DNA of 46,978 nucleotides, from the NCBI GenBank assembly GCA_040383865.1, contig JBEICT010000001.1, forward strand, positions 1 through 46,978, given 5' to 3'. Numbering within the stretch: the first letter of the stretch is position 1; each line of letters starts with the position of its first letter. The stretch is from Flavobacteriales bacterium (GTDB taxonomy: Bacteria > Bacteroidota > Bacteroidia > Flavobacteriales_F > PHOS-HE28). The notes beneath the pieces were generated by a model. The model was not told where the DNA came from. It was given only the letters and a program-made list of their open reading frames with translations, and ran no database searches. The translations under genes were made by a program, and so were the position numbers. Positions 9,562-17,676 of the stretch are shown here, one piece after another.

Positions 9562-9837
9562 TTATACGGGGCAAATGGCCTCCCATTCCGCTCTATCAAC
9601 GATCTGGTAAACGCCTTCTCCTCCGTTCAACATCTCCTGGATACGGAGCATCTCGGGGTACATGGTGGCATGCACAGCGTATAAAAGCCATCGGGCCCCG
9701 ACCCGCTGAAGCTCCGTGAACCGGTCCGGCCCTTCGATCCGGTAATAGTGCCGCCCGTCCGCCATCCGCCGGTACTGCGGCCATGCGGCTTCTGCCAGGT
9801 CAGGCCCGGCTCCGTTATCTTCCGCCCACTTGCTCAT
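9562..9837 (-). CDS. small hypothetical protein (91 aa; alternative start ATG 9765 gives 67 aa)
   Basis: This is the tail of ORF 9562..10050. The upstream part is antisense to the AddB-like gene. Composition is protein-like (MADGRHYYRIEGPDRFTELQRVGARWLLYAVHATMYPEMLRIQEML...) and third codon positions are G+C-rich in this frame. There is no signal peptide and no family I recognise. It stops 6 nt from the longest ORF of adhesin paralog 2. Confidence 0.45.
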   Translation of the reverse strand: MSKWAEDNGAGPDLAEAAWPQYRRMADGRHYYRIEGPDRFTELQRVGARWLLYAVHATMYPEMLRIQEMLNGGEGVYQIVDRAEWEAICPV

Positions 9838-12562
9838 GAACACCTTTCTCGATCGCCTTGCCCAAGCCTTGCTGAAGCGCCATGGCCCACGACTTTCCGA
9901 AGTGGCCGTGGTATTGCCTGGACAGCGTGCCGGCATGCACCTGCGAAGATATCTCGCGCAACACACCGGCCACGCACTCTGGAGCCCGGAGGTGCTCGAC
10001 ATGGGCGGATGGATGCAACGGTATACCGGCCTCTCCCAATTACCCACCATGGACGGCCTGTTGTTGCTCTATGAGGCGCACCGTGAATGGGCGGGCGGGC
10101 GGGCCGAATCGCTCGACTCCTTCCTGCAATGGGCGCCGATCGCGCTGCGTGACATGAGCGAGGCCGATGCACACCTGCTCGACCTGGACGACCTGTACCG
10201 GGACCTGCGGGCCTACCACAACATCGACCAGTGGAGCTTCACCTTGGGCAAGGACCTCAGCGCAGGCCAGCTACGTGCGCTGGACCACTGGCAAGCAACA
10301 GGCGAACTGCATCGTAAGCTCAGTGAACTGATGGCTGAACGGTCACTTGGCACCTCCGGGTGGATCGCCCGACAGGCCGCCACCCGTGAACTGCCGGTTC
10401 CACTGCCCTGGACCTGCACCTGGTTCGCCGGCCTGAATGCTTTGGACCCTGCCTCCACCGCCGTGATACGCAAACTCGCAGGGGCACAAGCGGCCGTGCT
10501 GGCCTGGGACAGCGACCTCTATTACCTGAATGACCCGAAGCACGAGGCCGGAAGGTTCCTCCGAAGGTCCATCAGCGACCTCGGGCCTGGAGTACTTGCC
10601 CCGATCGATGACCTGCGGACCAAGGAGCGCAGGATACGCGCTGTGATGGTGCCTGACCGCATCACACAGGCCCGTTCGGCCGCGCAGGAACTGGCAGCAC
10701 TGGATGCCGGGACACGGGCACGTACGGCCGTGGTCCTGGCCGACGAGGACCTGCTGATGCCATTGCTGGAAGCCCTGCCCAGCGATATCGGTCCGGTGAA
10801 CGTGACCATGGGGCTTCCTACCACAGTGCTGCCCATCAGCGCCCTGGTGACCTTGTTCCTCAACCTGCAGGTAAACCAGGAAGGCGGGGCGTTCCGGGTG
10901 GAGGATGTGCACCGGCTGTTGCTGCACACGTTCATTCATCGGGGAAAAGCCACCCAAAGCGCCCTGGAGGCCATCACGGCCCTGCAACGACCGCGTGTCC
11001 GGCATAACGTGCTGCTCGGGATGCTCAAGGACCACGGCCTTGGCACCGACCCCAACATGGAGCTGGCCCTCGCTCCAGTGGAAAGCGCGATGGACGTACC
11101 AACCCGCATTGTTGCCCTGTTGCACTGGGTGCGGAACCTTCGCGGTCATGATCCACTGATCGAGGAGCAACTGTTCCGCATGGCGCGTATGCAGCATCGG
11201 TTGGACCAGGCCTTGGAACGCTGTGGTGCGCTGTCGATGGACATCCGGGCCTATTCCAGGGCACGCGAACGCCTGTTTCGCGAGGAACGCATCGGGTTCT
11301 TCGGTGAAGCGCTGGAAGGGGCACAGGTGATGGGCTTTCTGGAGACCCGTTCGGTGGAACTGGAGCGCATCATCCTGCTTGGCGCCAACGAAGGCACGCT
11401 CCCCCGATCATCCACGCAACAGAGCTTCATCCCCTTTGAGGTCCTCCGTGCCTATCACCTGCCGCTGCGTGCGGATACCGAGGCCATCACCGCATACCAC
11501 ACCTATCGGCTGTTGCACGGCTGTTCGGACCTGCTTGCCATCTCGGACCAAGGGGGGGCGACCGAAGGAGACCGGGCATCGCGCTTCATCGCCCAATGGG
11601 AACACGAGCTCGTACCCTGTTCCAGAACATCGGTCATAGAGGAACATGTCCCCGTACACTTTGCCACGCGTTATTCCCCGCAATTGCAGGTGCACAAGGA
11701 TGCCGCTGTCATGGAGCGCCTTAACGCCATGGCTGAGCGAGGCTTCTCCCCATCTGCACTGGGCACTTGGCTGCGCTGCCCGCTGGACCTCTACTTCACG
11801 CATTTGCTGCGTATTCAGCCACCCGATGAAGTGGACCACAAACTGGGCAGCGATGTCCTGGGCGAAGCCGTGCACGGTGTACTACAGGACCTGCTGACCC
11901 CGCGATTGGGCAAGGAACTTGACCCCGACGAAATGCGGCTTTGGGCGGAACGCGTAAAGACGATGCTGGTCGCACGCCTTGCACAAGACTTCCCGGCTGA
12001 TGTATTGGAACGGGGACACTTCCGCCTCCGCATTGAAATGGCCGCGGCAGCCACTGCTGAATTCCTCCGAAGTGAGGCCGACCATTGCGCCCAAGGAACG
12101 CGCATCGTGCCGTTGGCATTGGAAAAGGAGCTCAGCGCCGTGCTGCCGGATGGCACCCGGATCCGTGGACGCTGCGACCGCATTGAGCGGAGGAACGGCC
12201 TTGTTCACATCCTGGACATCAAGACCGGCTCCGTACCGGACCATGGACTAAAACTGAACGCACTGGAGCGAAGTGCGCTGGACGCCGACCAACGATACGC
12301 ACTACAGTTGCTGATCTACGCATGGCTTTATCTCATGGAACATCCGGCGGAGCCGAGCGTGAAGGCCGGCATATTGCCGCTGCAGAAGGCCTCCCAGGCC
12401 GAAGGCACGTTTCTCCGCATCGGCCACAACGAGGTCATTGACCGTACGATGTTGCCCGCCCTCACTGATCTGCTTTCGGAACTGGTCCGAGAACTGAAGG
12501 ACCCGGAACGGCCTTTCATGCACGACCCCGAGAGCCGCTACTGCACCTGCTGTGTACCCTGA
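9836..12562 (+). CDS. addB: AddB-like PD-(D/E)XK nuclease family protein (inactive-helicase scaffold plus C-terminal nuclease)
   Basis: The ORF track starts at TTG 9830, and the first ATG is 9836 (MNTFLDRLAQALL...). About 908 aa. The C-terminal nuclease motif is VHILDIKTGS. Cys residues that could form an AddB-type Fe-S cluster are LRCPLDLYF upstream and YCTCCVP at the extreme C-terminus. The size and architecture match the partner of AddA-type enzymes in Bacteroidota. Confidence 0.7.
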   Translation: MNTFLDRLAQALLKRHGPRLSEVAVVLPGQRAGMHLRRYLAQHTGHALWSPEVLDMGGWMQRYTGLSQLPTMDGLLLLYEAHREWAGGRAESLDSFLQWAPIALRDMSEADAHLLDLDDLYRDLRAYHNIDQWSFTLGKDLSAGQLRALDHWQATGELHRKLSELMAERSLGTSGWIARQAATRELPVPLPWTCTWFAGLNALDPASTAVIRKLAGAQAAVLAWDSDLYYLNDPKHEAGRFLRRSISDLGPGVLAPIDDLRTKERRIRAVMVPDRITQARSAAQELAALDAGTRARTAVVLADEDLLMPLLEALPSDIGPVNVTMGLPTTVLPISALVTLFLNLQVNQEGGAFRVEDVHRLLLHTFIHRGKATQSALEAITALQRPRVRHNVLLGMLKDHGLGTDPNMELALAPVESAMDVPTRIVALLHWVRNLRGHDPLIEEQLFRMARMQHRLDQALERCGALSMDIRAYSRARERLFREERIGFFGEALEGAQVMGFLETRSVELERIILLGANEGTLPRSSTQQSFIPFEVLRAYHLPLRADTEAITAYHTYRLLHGCSDLLAISDQGGATEGDRASRFIAQWEHELVPCSRTSVIEEHVPVHFATRYSPQLQVHKDAAVMERLNAMAERGFSPSALGTWLRCPLDLYFTHLLRIQPPDEVDHKLGSDVLGEAVHGVLQDLLTPRLGKELDPDEMRLWAERVKTMLVARLAQDFPADVLERGHFRLRIEMAAAATAEFLRSEADHCAQGTRIVPLALEKELSAVLPDGTRIRGRCDRIERRNGLVHILDIKTGSVPDHGLKLNALERSALDADQRYALQLLIYAWLYLMEHPAEPSVKAGILPLQKASQAEGTFLRIGHNEVIDRTMLPALTDLLSELVRELKDPERPFMHDPESRYCTCCVP

Positions 12563-12572
12563 AACGGACAAA

Positions 12573-12588
12573 GGAGGCCGAAGCCTCC
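12573..12588. terminator. short GC hairpin between convergent genes (possible bidirectional terminator)
   Basis: GGAGGC-cgaa-GCCTCC is a perfect 6-bp stem with a tetraloop. It lies in the 53-bp gap between the addB-like stop (12562) and the stop of the minus-strand T9SS gene (12616). Confidence 0.4.
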
Positions 12589-12615
12589 CTTGCACAGCCG
12601 TAGTATCGATGTTCC

Positions 12616-13395
12616 TTACTTGTACACCACCTTGTGCGTGGTGATCTGTTCGCCACGCTTGATGCGCAAGTAGTAAGCACCGGTGCTCATCGCGGTCAGG
12701 TCCATCTCCTTGCGGAAGTTGCCTTCAAAGCCTGTACGGCTCTCGGTGTACACGGATTGACCCAAACTGTTCAACACATCCACCGTAAGGTCGGTCGGTC
12801 CGGCGACGGTGAAACTGAAGGTGAACTGGCCATTGTTCGGGTTCGGCTGGATAAGCACACCGTTGTCCTCGTCGGCGGTGGTCATGCTCTTGAAAATGAC
12901 CCCGGTACGATCTGCACCGCCCAGTGCCACATAATAGTTCGCATTGTTCGCTGCCTCGTTCGTGAACGCATCGTTCACCAGTTCGAAATCAGCCTTACCC
13001 GTGACCGGAATGGTCGCGATGACGACCTCCTCCCCTGCACGCCAACGTGCACTGTGGGAAGCCATTGCGGACATGCCGAACCCAGCGTACACCTGATAAT
13101 TCGTTGACCCTGACTCGCGCACATTGCCGGAGCGCATGATGGGAATGTACTGGCGGGCAGGATCCTCCTGCAGCATGTCCCCCAACGTGGCCCCCGAGCT
13201 ACGGTCCCAGCGGATGGTAAAGACCAACGACGAGAAGATACCGTCAAAGTCCGCCTCCGGACGAACACGCACCTCAAGGTTGCCACCAGCCCGGTAGAGG
13301 CCGATATCCACACGACCTTGAGCCAATGCACTGGGAACGAAGGCGACCAACGCCAGTGCGGCGGCAAGCAGGATACGGGTCAAACGCTGTTTCAT
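12616..13395 (-). CDS. small secreted protein with T9SS type-A C-terminal sorting domain, function unknown
   Basis: 259 aa. The signal peptide is MKQRLTRILLAAALALVAFVPSALAQ. The C-terminal ~80 aa read VLIQPNPNNGQFTFSF...LTVDVLNSLGQSVY...STGAYYLRIKRGEQITTHKVVYK, which is typical of a Por secretion tail. Confidence 0.8.
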   Translation of the reverse strand: MKQRLTRILLAAALALVAFVPSALAQGRVDIGLYRAGGNLEVRVRPEADFDGIFSSLVFTIRWDRSSGATLGDMLQEDPARQYIPIMRSGNVRESGSTNYQVYAGFGMSAMASHSARWRAGEEVVIATIPVTGKADFELVNDAFTNEAANNANYYVALGGADRTGVIFKSMTTADEDNGVLIQPNPNNGQFTFSFTVAGPTDLTVDVLNSLGQSVYTESRTGFEGNFRKEMDLTAMSTGAYYLRIKRGEQITTHKVVYK

Positions 13396-13506
13396 GACAG
13401 GGGAAGATAGGGATGGTTCGTCTGTTTAACGTGTGCAAGTTAGATCGTTCCGGATCGATGAGCAAGCCCCCGACCGGGGTATCCGGGGAGTCCTATGAAA
13501 CCGAAC

Positions 13507-13529
13507 AGGGGTCCTGTTGAAGGACCCCT
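13507..13529 (-). terminator. hairpin downstream of the response-regulator gene (possible intrinsic terminator)
   Basis: AGGGGTCC-7 nt loop-GGACCCCT forms an 8-bp stem. On the minus strand it is followed by GTTCGGTTTC, which is only moderately T-rich. It lies ~110 nt after the stop at 13640. Confidence 0.4.
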
Positions 13530-13639
13530 GCGCGGTAACCTGCAAGGAAAATGGAACCAATCAAGGCCAGGAAGATCGGCCCTGATACGTTGAAGACGGG
13601 GGCAGGAACAAAGGGTTGCCGCCTTACCGAAAAAAAAGA

Positions 13640-14344
13640 TCACGCCACAAACTTGTACCCCACCCCTCGTATGGAGTGGAAATACCGGGGGGTGCGCGCA
13701 TCCGGCTCGAAATACTTGCGGAAAGAGACGATGAAGTTGTCCACTGTGCGTGTGGTGGGGAACACATTGTACCCCCAGACCTTCTGCAGGATCTCCTCCC
13801 GGCTCACCACCTCACCCTCTCGTTCGATCAGCAGCCGGAGCAGCATCATCTCCCGCTGGCTCAGCGTTCGCCGTTCGCCATCCTGGCCCACCACCTCATA
13901 CTTGGTGAAGTCGACATGGTTGCCACCGAAATCGAAACTGGTGATCACGGCCGAGGTACCACCCTTGACGCTGCGCTGAATGAGGTTGGCAATGCGCAAT
14001 AGCAGCTCGGCGAGGTCGTACGGTTTTGCCACGTGATCGTCCCCTGCCTTCAAGCCCCTCAGGCGGTCCGCAGGCGTGTTCCGGGCCGTGAGGAACAATA
14101 CCGGAGTGGCATCCCCTTCCAGCCGTATGGTCTCCACCACGGTGAAGCCGTCCATGCCGGGCAACATGACATCCATCAGCACCAGGTCGAAGCGTGCACC
14201 GCGCAGCCGTTCCAATGCCTCGGGGCCGGTTACAGCGGTGGTAACGGAGTAGCCCTCCATCTCCAGGTTCAACTTCAGGGTCGTGCGCAGCGCTGCCTCG
14301 TCCTCCACGAGCAGTACCCGGTACTTTGGCCGTTCGGCTTCCAT
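13640..14344 (-). CDS. OmpR/PhoB-family response regulator (receiver plus winged-helix DNA-binding domain)
   Basis: The ORF track gives 13640..14842, but the family-typical protein starts at ATG 14344 (MEAERPKYRVLLVEDE). Receiver motifs are DLVLMDVMLPGMDG, LTAR and KAGDDHVAKP. The winged helix reads LSQREMMLLRLL...RTVDNFIVSFRKY...IRGVGYKF. 234 aa. Confidence 0.9.
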   Translation of the reverse strand: MEAERPKYRVLLVEDEAALRTTLKLNLEMEGYSVTTAVTGPEALERLRGARFDLVLMDVMLPGMDGFTVVETIRLEGDATPVLFLTARNTPADRLRGLKAGDDHVAKPYDLAELLLRIANLIQRSVKGGTSAVITSFDFGGNHVDFTKYEVVGQDGERRTLSQREMMLLRLLIEREGEVVSREEILQKVWGYNVFPTTRTVDNFIVSFRKYFEPDARTPRYFHSIRGVGYKFVA

Positions 14345-14364
14345 GTGCACAAAGATGGGGACGG

Positions 14365-14372
14365 TAACTTTG
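14365..14372 (+). promoter_or_regulatory. -7 promoter box TAACTTTG (exact TAnnTTTG) for the men operon
   Basis: It lies in the 33-bp divergent gap (14345..14377), 5 nt upstream of ATG 14378. An opposing one-mismatch box, CATCTTTG (minus strand, 14357..14350), sits 5 nt from the response-regulator ATG 14344. Confidence 0.35.
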
Positions 14373-14377
14373 CCGCG

Positions 14378-14797
14378 ATGCGATTCACCGCCGAACACGC
14401 TGAACAGGCCAATGCTCTTCGCCATGGCACCTTGGTGGCCCATTTGGGCATGTCCTACCATGTGGACGACCAAGGGCGGTTCTGCGCCACCATGCCTGTT
14501 GACCATCGAACGCACCAACCCATGGGCCTGCTGCATGGTGGTGCCACAGCAGCGCTTGCCGAATCCCTGGGCAGCATGGCCTCGGCGCTTCTCATCGACC
14601 TGACCACCCAGGGCGTGGTGGGCATCGAGGTGAATGCCAACCACCTGAAGGGCGTCCCATCGGGCACGGTGACCGCCACAGGCAACTTGATCCATCACGG
14701 GCGCACCACCCATGTGTGGAGCATCGAGGTACACAACGATGCCGGAGAGCTTTGCGCCGTGTGCCGCCTGACGAACCTGGTGATCCCCCGGCGCTGA
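14378..14797 (+). CDS. PaaI/YdiI-type hotdog thioesterase, probable 1,4-dihydroxy-2-naphthoyl-CoA hydrolase
   Basis: This is the tail of ORF 14033..14797, starting at ATG 14378. 139 aa. It carries the hotdog-thioesterase core PMGLLHGGATAALAESLGS...GRTTHVWSIEV. It is the first gene of a tightly packed men gene run, 3 nt before menF. Confidence 0.7.
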   Translation: MRFTAEHAEQANALRHGTLVAHLGMSYHVDDQGRFCATMPVDHRTHQPMGLLHGGATAALAESLGSMASALLIDLTTQGVVGIEVNANHLKGVPSGTVTATGNLIHHGRTTHVWSIEVHNDAGELCAVCRLTNLVIPRR

Positions 14798-14800
14798 ACC

Positions 14801-15901
14801 ATGGCCGCTCCCTTGGACGCCGTGCGGACCTGCCTGGAACACAGCCTCACCTTCGCTGCATTCCGCTGGAAAGGACGCACGCAGCTATGGGTCCAACAAC
14901 GACCGCCCCTGGCTTCCGTGGACCTTGCGTCCTTGGACAGCTTGAAGGACCGGTTCGTGGTCGCGCCATTCCATAGTAACGACCTGCAGTGCTGGGCATT
15001 ACGGCCCGATGTGCGACTGGACCTGAACGACCATGAGGTGTCCATGGCAGCGCTGCGGACCTGCCTTGGAGCGCCGCATATCCAGCCCGGACAACGCGTG
15101 CATTGGGACCGGGCCGGACACACCAAGGCGATCACCGATGCCAAGGCGGGCTTTGCCACAGGCGTGCTGAAAAAAGTAGTACTGGCCCGAACGATACCGA
15201 TAGACCTCCCATCCGACAGGATACCCGAACTGTTCTTCGCGGCCTTGCACGAACTACCGAACGCGTTCGTGTGCCTGTTCAATGGTCCGGAACACGGCAC
15301 CTGGCTGGGCGCTTCGCCCGAACGCTTACTGCACGCCTCGAACAACAGGGTACGGGTGGATGCCATTGCCGGCACCATGCCTGCCGTATTGGCGCCACCA
15401 TTGGCAAAGGATTGGGGGCCAAAGGAGCGCGACGAGCAGCGATGGGTCACAACAGCGGTGAAGGAGACCTTCGTTTCCGCCGGCATGAGCGATGTGACGA
15501 TGGAAGGCCCTGACGTGCTGAACGCAGGCCCCGTAGCACACCTGCACACCACCCTTACCGGGCGGACCACGGCCGGTCAATTGGGTAAGCTGGTGAGGAT
15601 GCTCCACCCCACACCCGCCGTCTGTGGCACGCCTCGCAACGAGGCCATGGAGTTCATTCTTGCCCACGAACCAAAGGACCGCGGGCTGTATGCGGGGTAC
15701 TGGGGCCCATGGATGGTGGACGGGGAGACCGAACTGTTCGTGAACATTCGCTGTTCACAAGCCATCAACGATGAACTGGAACTGGCAGTGGGAGGAGGAA
15801 TAACCAGCGGCAGCAACGCCTCGCATGAATGGGAGGAGACCGCGCACACGGCGCGCACCTGGACCAGGATCATTGAAGCGTTGCCGAGCCGGATATCTTA
15901 G
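14801..15901 (+). CDS. menF: isochorismate synthase
   Basis: 366 aa. Chorismate-utilising motifs are GASPERLL, LHPTPAVCGTP and RGLYAGYWG. It sits in men context. Confidence 0.9.
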   Translation: MAAPLDAVRTCLEHSLTFAAFRWKGRTQLWVQQRPPLASVDLASLDSLKDRFVVAPFHSNDLQCWALRPDVRLDLNDHEVSMAALRTCLGAPHIQPGQRVHWDRAGHTKAITDAKAGFATGVLKKVVLARTIPIDLPSDRIPELFFAALHELPNAFVCLFNGPEHGTWLGASPERLLHASNNRVRVDAIAGTMPAVLAPPLAKDWGPKERDEQRWVTTAVKETFVSAGMSDVTMEGPDVLNAGPVAHLHTTLTGRTTAGQLGKLVRMLHPTPAVCGTPRNEAMEFILAHEPKDRGLYAGYWGPWMVDGETELFVNIRCSQAINDELELAVGGGITSGSNASHEWEETAHTARTWTRIIEALPSRIS

Positions 15902-15931
15902 CGCCGACCGTGCCCCTACTGCGTTCCGCAC

Positions 15932-17659
15932 ATGCCCACAAGCGATCACTTTTCCGCGGCCGAACTCGCCCGCCTTTGTTTCGAGAAGGGCATCCGACAT
16001 GCCGTCATCAGTCCTGGCTCACGCAGCGCTCCCTTGGTGATCGCGTTCAATGCCCAGGAAGGCATGAACTGTATGCAGGTGATCGATGAGCGCAGCGCTG
16101 CGTTCTTCGCCATGGGCATGGCCCAGCAGTTGCATGCGCCCGTGGCCTTGATCTGCACCAGCGGCAGTGCGGTATTGAACTATGGGCCGGCCATTGCCGA
16201 GGCCTACTACCAGCGGATCCCCTTGCTGGTGATCACGGCCGACCGCCCGGAGGAATGGGTGGACCAGGGTGAAGGGCAGGCCATTCGGCAGCAGGGCGTC
16301 CTGTCCATGCACATGCGTAGAAGCGTGCAGTTGCCCCGGATGCTGGGTGATGACCTGGCCCGCTGGCAGTGCAGCCGCTTGATCAACGAGGCCATTGATG
16401 CCACGCTGCTGCCTGTGGCCGGTCCGGTGCATGTGAACATCCCCTTTGCTGAACCGCTTTATGGCCAACAGGAAACCCATGATGGCCAGGGGCGCTCCAT
16501 TGCACAGGTGCTTACCGAATCCTTCATTCTCCCGGAACATGCGCGATGGCTGATCCAGCAGCTCTCCACCTCGCGCAAGGTCCTGGTGCTTGCCGGACAA
16601 GGGGTGTGGAGCAAGGAACTTCAACAGCAATTGGCACACCTGGCCAAGCTGCCCCAGTTCGCTGTGCTGACCGAGGCCACCTCCAACCTGGACGACCACA
16701 GCTTCATCTCCTGTATAGACCGCGTGATCGAGGCTGTTCCGGTCGCCCCCGATCCGGTACCGGGCGAGGACCCCGGTATTGTCCGGGGACCGGAGTTCAT
16801 CCCGGACATCCTCATTACGTTCGGCGGTGCGGTGGTCAGTAAACGGGTGAAGACCTTGCTTCGTAAATGGCGGACACCACAACACTGGCATGCGGATGCA
16901 GGTCAACGGCACTACGACACCTACCAGAGCCTTACACACGACATCGCGGTAAGCCCCGAGATCTTCTTCGCGCAGATCGCCCCGCATGTGCAGCCCATCG
17001 AAAGCGGCTATGCCTACATGTGGCAGTACATGGACCAGGAGACCACCAGCAAGCACCATGCGCTGTTGAACGAAGCCCCCTATTGCGACCTCACTGCCTT
17101 TGAACAACTGTTGCAACGCATACCTGCCGGAAGCGATGTGCACCTGGCCAACAGCACCCCGGCGCGCTACGTTCAGCTCTTCGAACGTGGACAAGGCCTT
17201 CGCTACTTCAGCAACCGGGGCACGAGCGGGATCGATGGATGCACCAGCACCGCCGTGGGAGCGGCATACGCCACGCAACGACCCACCACGCTGATCACCG
17301 GCGATGTGGCCTTCCTTTACGACAGCAACGCGTTCTGGAACGCGCACCTCAGCAAACACCTGCGGGTGATCGTGATGGACAATGGAGGCGGCAACATCTT
17401 CCGCTACATCGAAGGACCCGACCGCGATCCCGCCCTGTTGAAATGGTTCGAATCGCCGCACGGCCGGGACCCGCTGGGCTTGGCACGAAGCTTCGGACTG
17501 CCCAGTTACGAGGCCTTCGACCGCGCCTCGCTGCGGAACGGATTGGAACAGTTGTATGAACCGCATGACGGCCCGGCGGTGCTGGTGGTGCGCACCGATG
17601 CAGAGCTGAGCCCCAAAGTGCTGCGCAACTACTTCAGCGCCTTGCGCCCCACCGCTTGA
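15932..17659 (+). CDS. menD: 2-succinyl-5-enolpyruvyl-6-hydroxy-3-cyclohexene-1-carboxylate (SEPHCHC) synthase
   Basis: 575 aa. ThDP-enzyme motifs are ISPGSRSAPL, TADRPEE and GTSGIDG...ITGDVAFLYDSN. It sits in men context. Confidence 0.92.
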   Translation: MPTSDHFSAAELARLCFEKGIRHAVISPGSRSAPLVIAFNAQEGMNCMQVIDERSAAFFAMGMAQQLHAPVALICTSGSAVLNYGPAIAEAYYQRIPLLVITADRPEEWVDQGEGQAIRQQGVLSMHMRRSVQLPRMLGDDLARWQCSRLINEAIDATLLPVAGPVHVNIPFAEPLYGQQETHDGQGRSIAQVLTESFILPEHARWLIQQLSTSRKVLVLAGQGVWSKELQQQLAHLAKLPQFAVLTEATSNLDDHSFISCIDRVIEAVPVAPDPVPGEDPGIVRGPEFIPDILITFGGAVVSKRVKTLLRKWRTPQHWHADAGQRHYDTYQSLTHDIAVSPEIFFAQIAPHVQPIESGYAYMWQYMDQETTSKHHALLNEAPYCDLTAFEQLLQRIPAGSDVHLANSTPARYVQLFERGQGLRYFSNRGTSGIDGCTSTAVGAAYATQRPTTLITGDVAFLYDSNAFWNAHLSKHLRVIVMDNGGGNIFRYIEGPDRDPALLKWFESPHGRDPLGLARSFGLPSYEAFDRASLRNGLEQLYEPHDGPAVLVVRTDAELSPKVLRNYFSALRPTA

Positions 17660-17676
17660 ACCCTGAACGTAAACCC

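Noticed and set aside
10343-11197. A 284-aa antisense ORF inside the addB-like gene. Similar ones lie at 1814..2527, 14695..15570, 19307..19972, 20254..21132, 29764..30432 and 39425..40087.
   Set aside because: All lie fully inside well-supported genes on the other strand and have biased, motif-free translations. This is typical of stop-codon-poor antisense frames at high G+C.
1898-12562. AddA-like helicase-nuclease, GNAT and AddB-like nuclease as a possible novel anti-phage defence island.
   Set aside because: The architecture and motifs match the housekeeping AddAB recombination-repair enzyme. No additional defence-type genes (methylases, ATPase/effector pairs, toxins) lie alongside, and composition is native.
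13630-13637. A run of eight A directly after the response-regulator stop (T8 on the coding strand), considered as an intrinsic terminator.
   Set aside because: No preceding stem-loop exists. The only hairpin is ~110 nt further downstream (13507..13529).
14345-14842. The N-terminal extension that makes the response-regulator ORF 400 aa long.
   Set aside because: The extension is antisense to the thioesterase and the menF start. It has no domain features. The canonical receiver domain begins right at ATG 14344.
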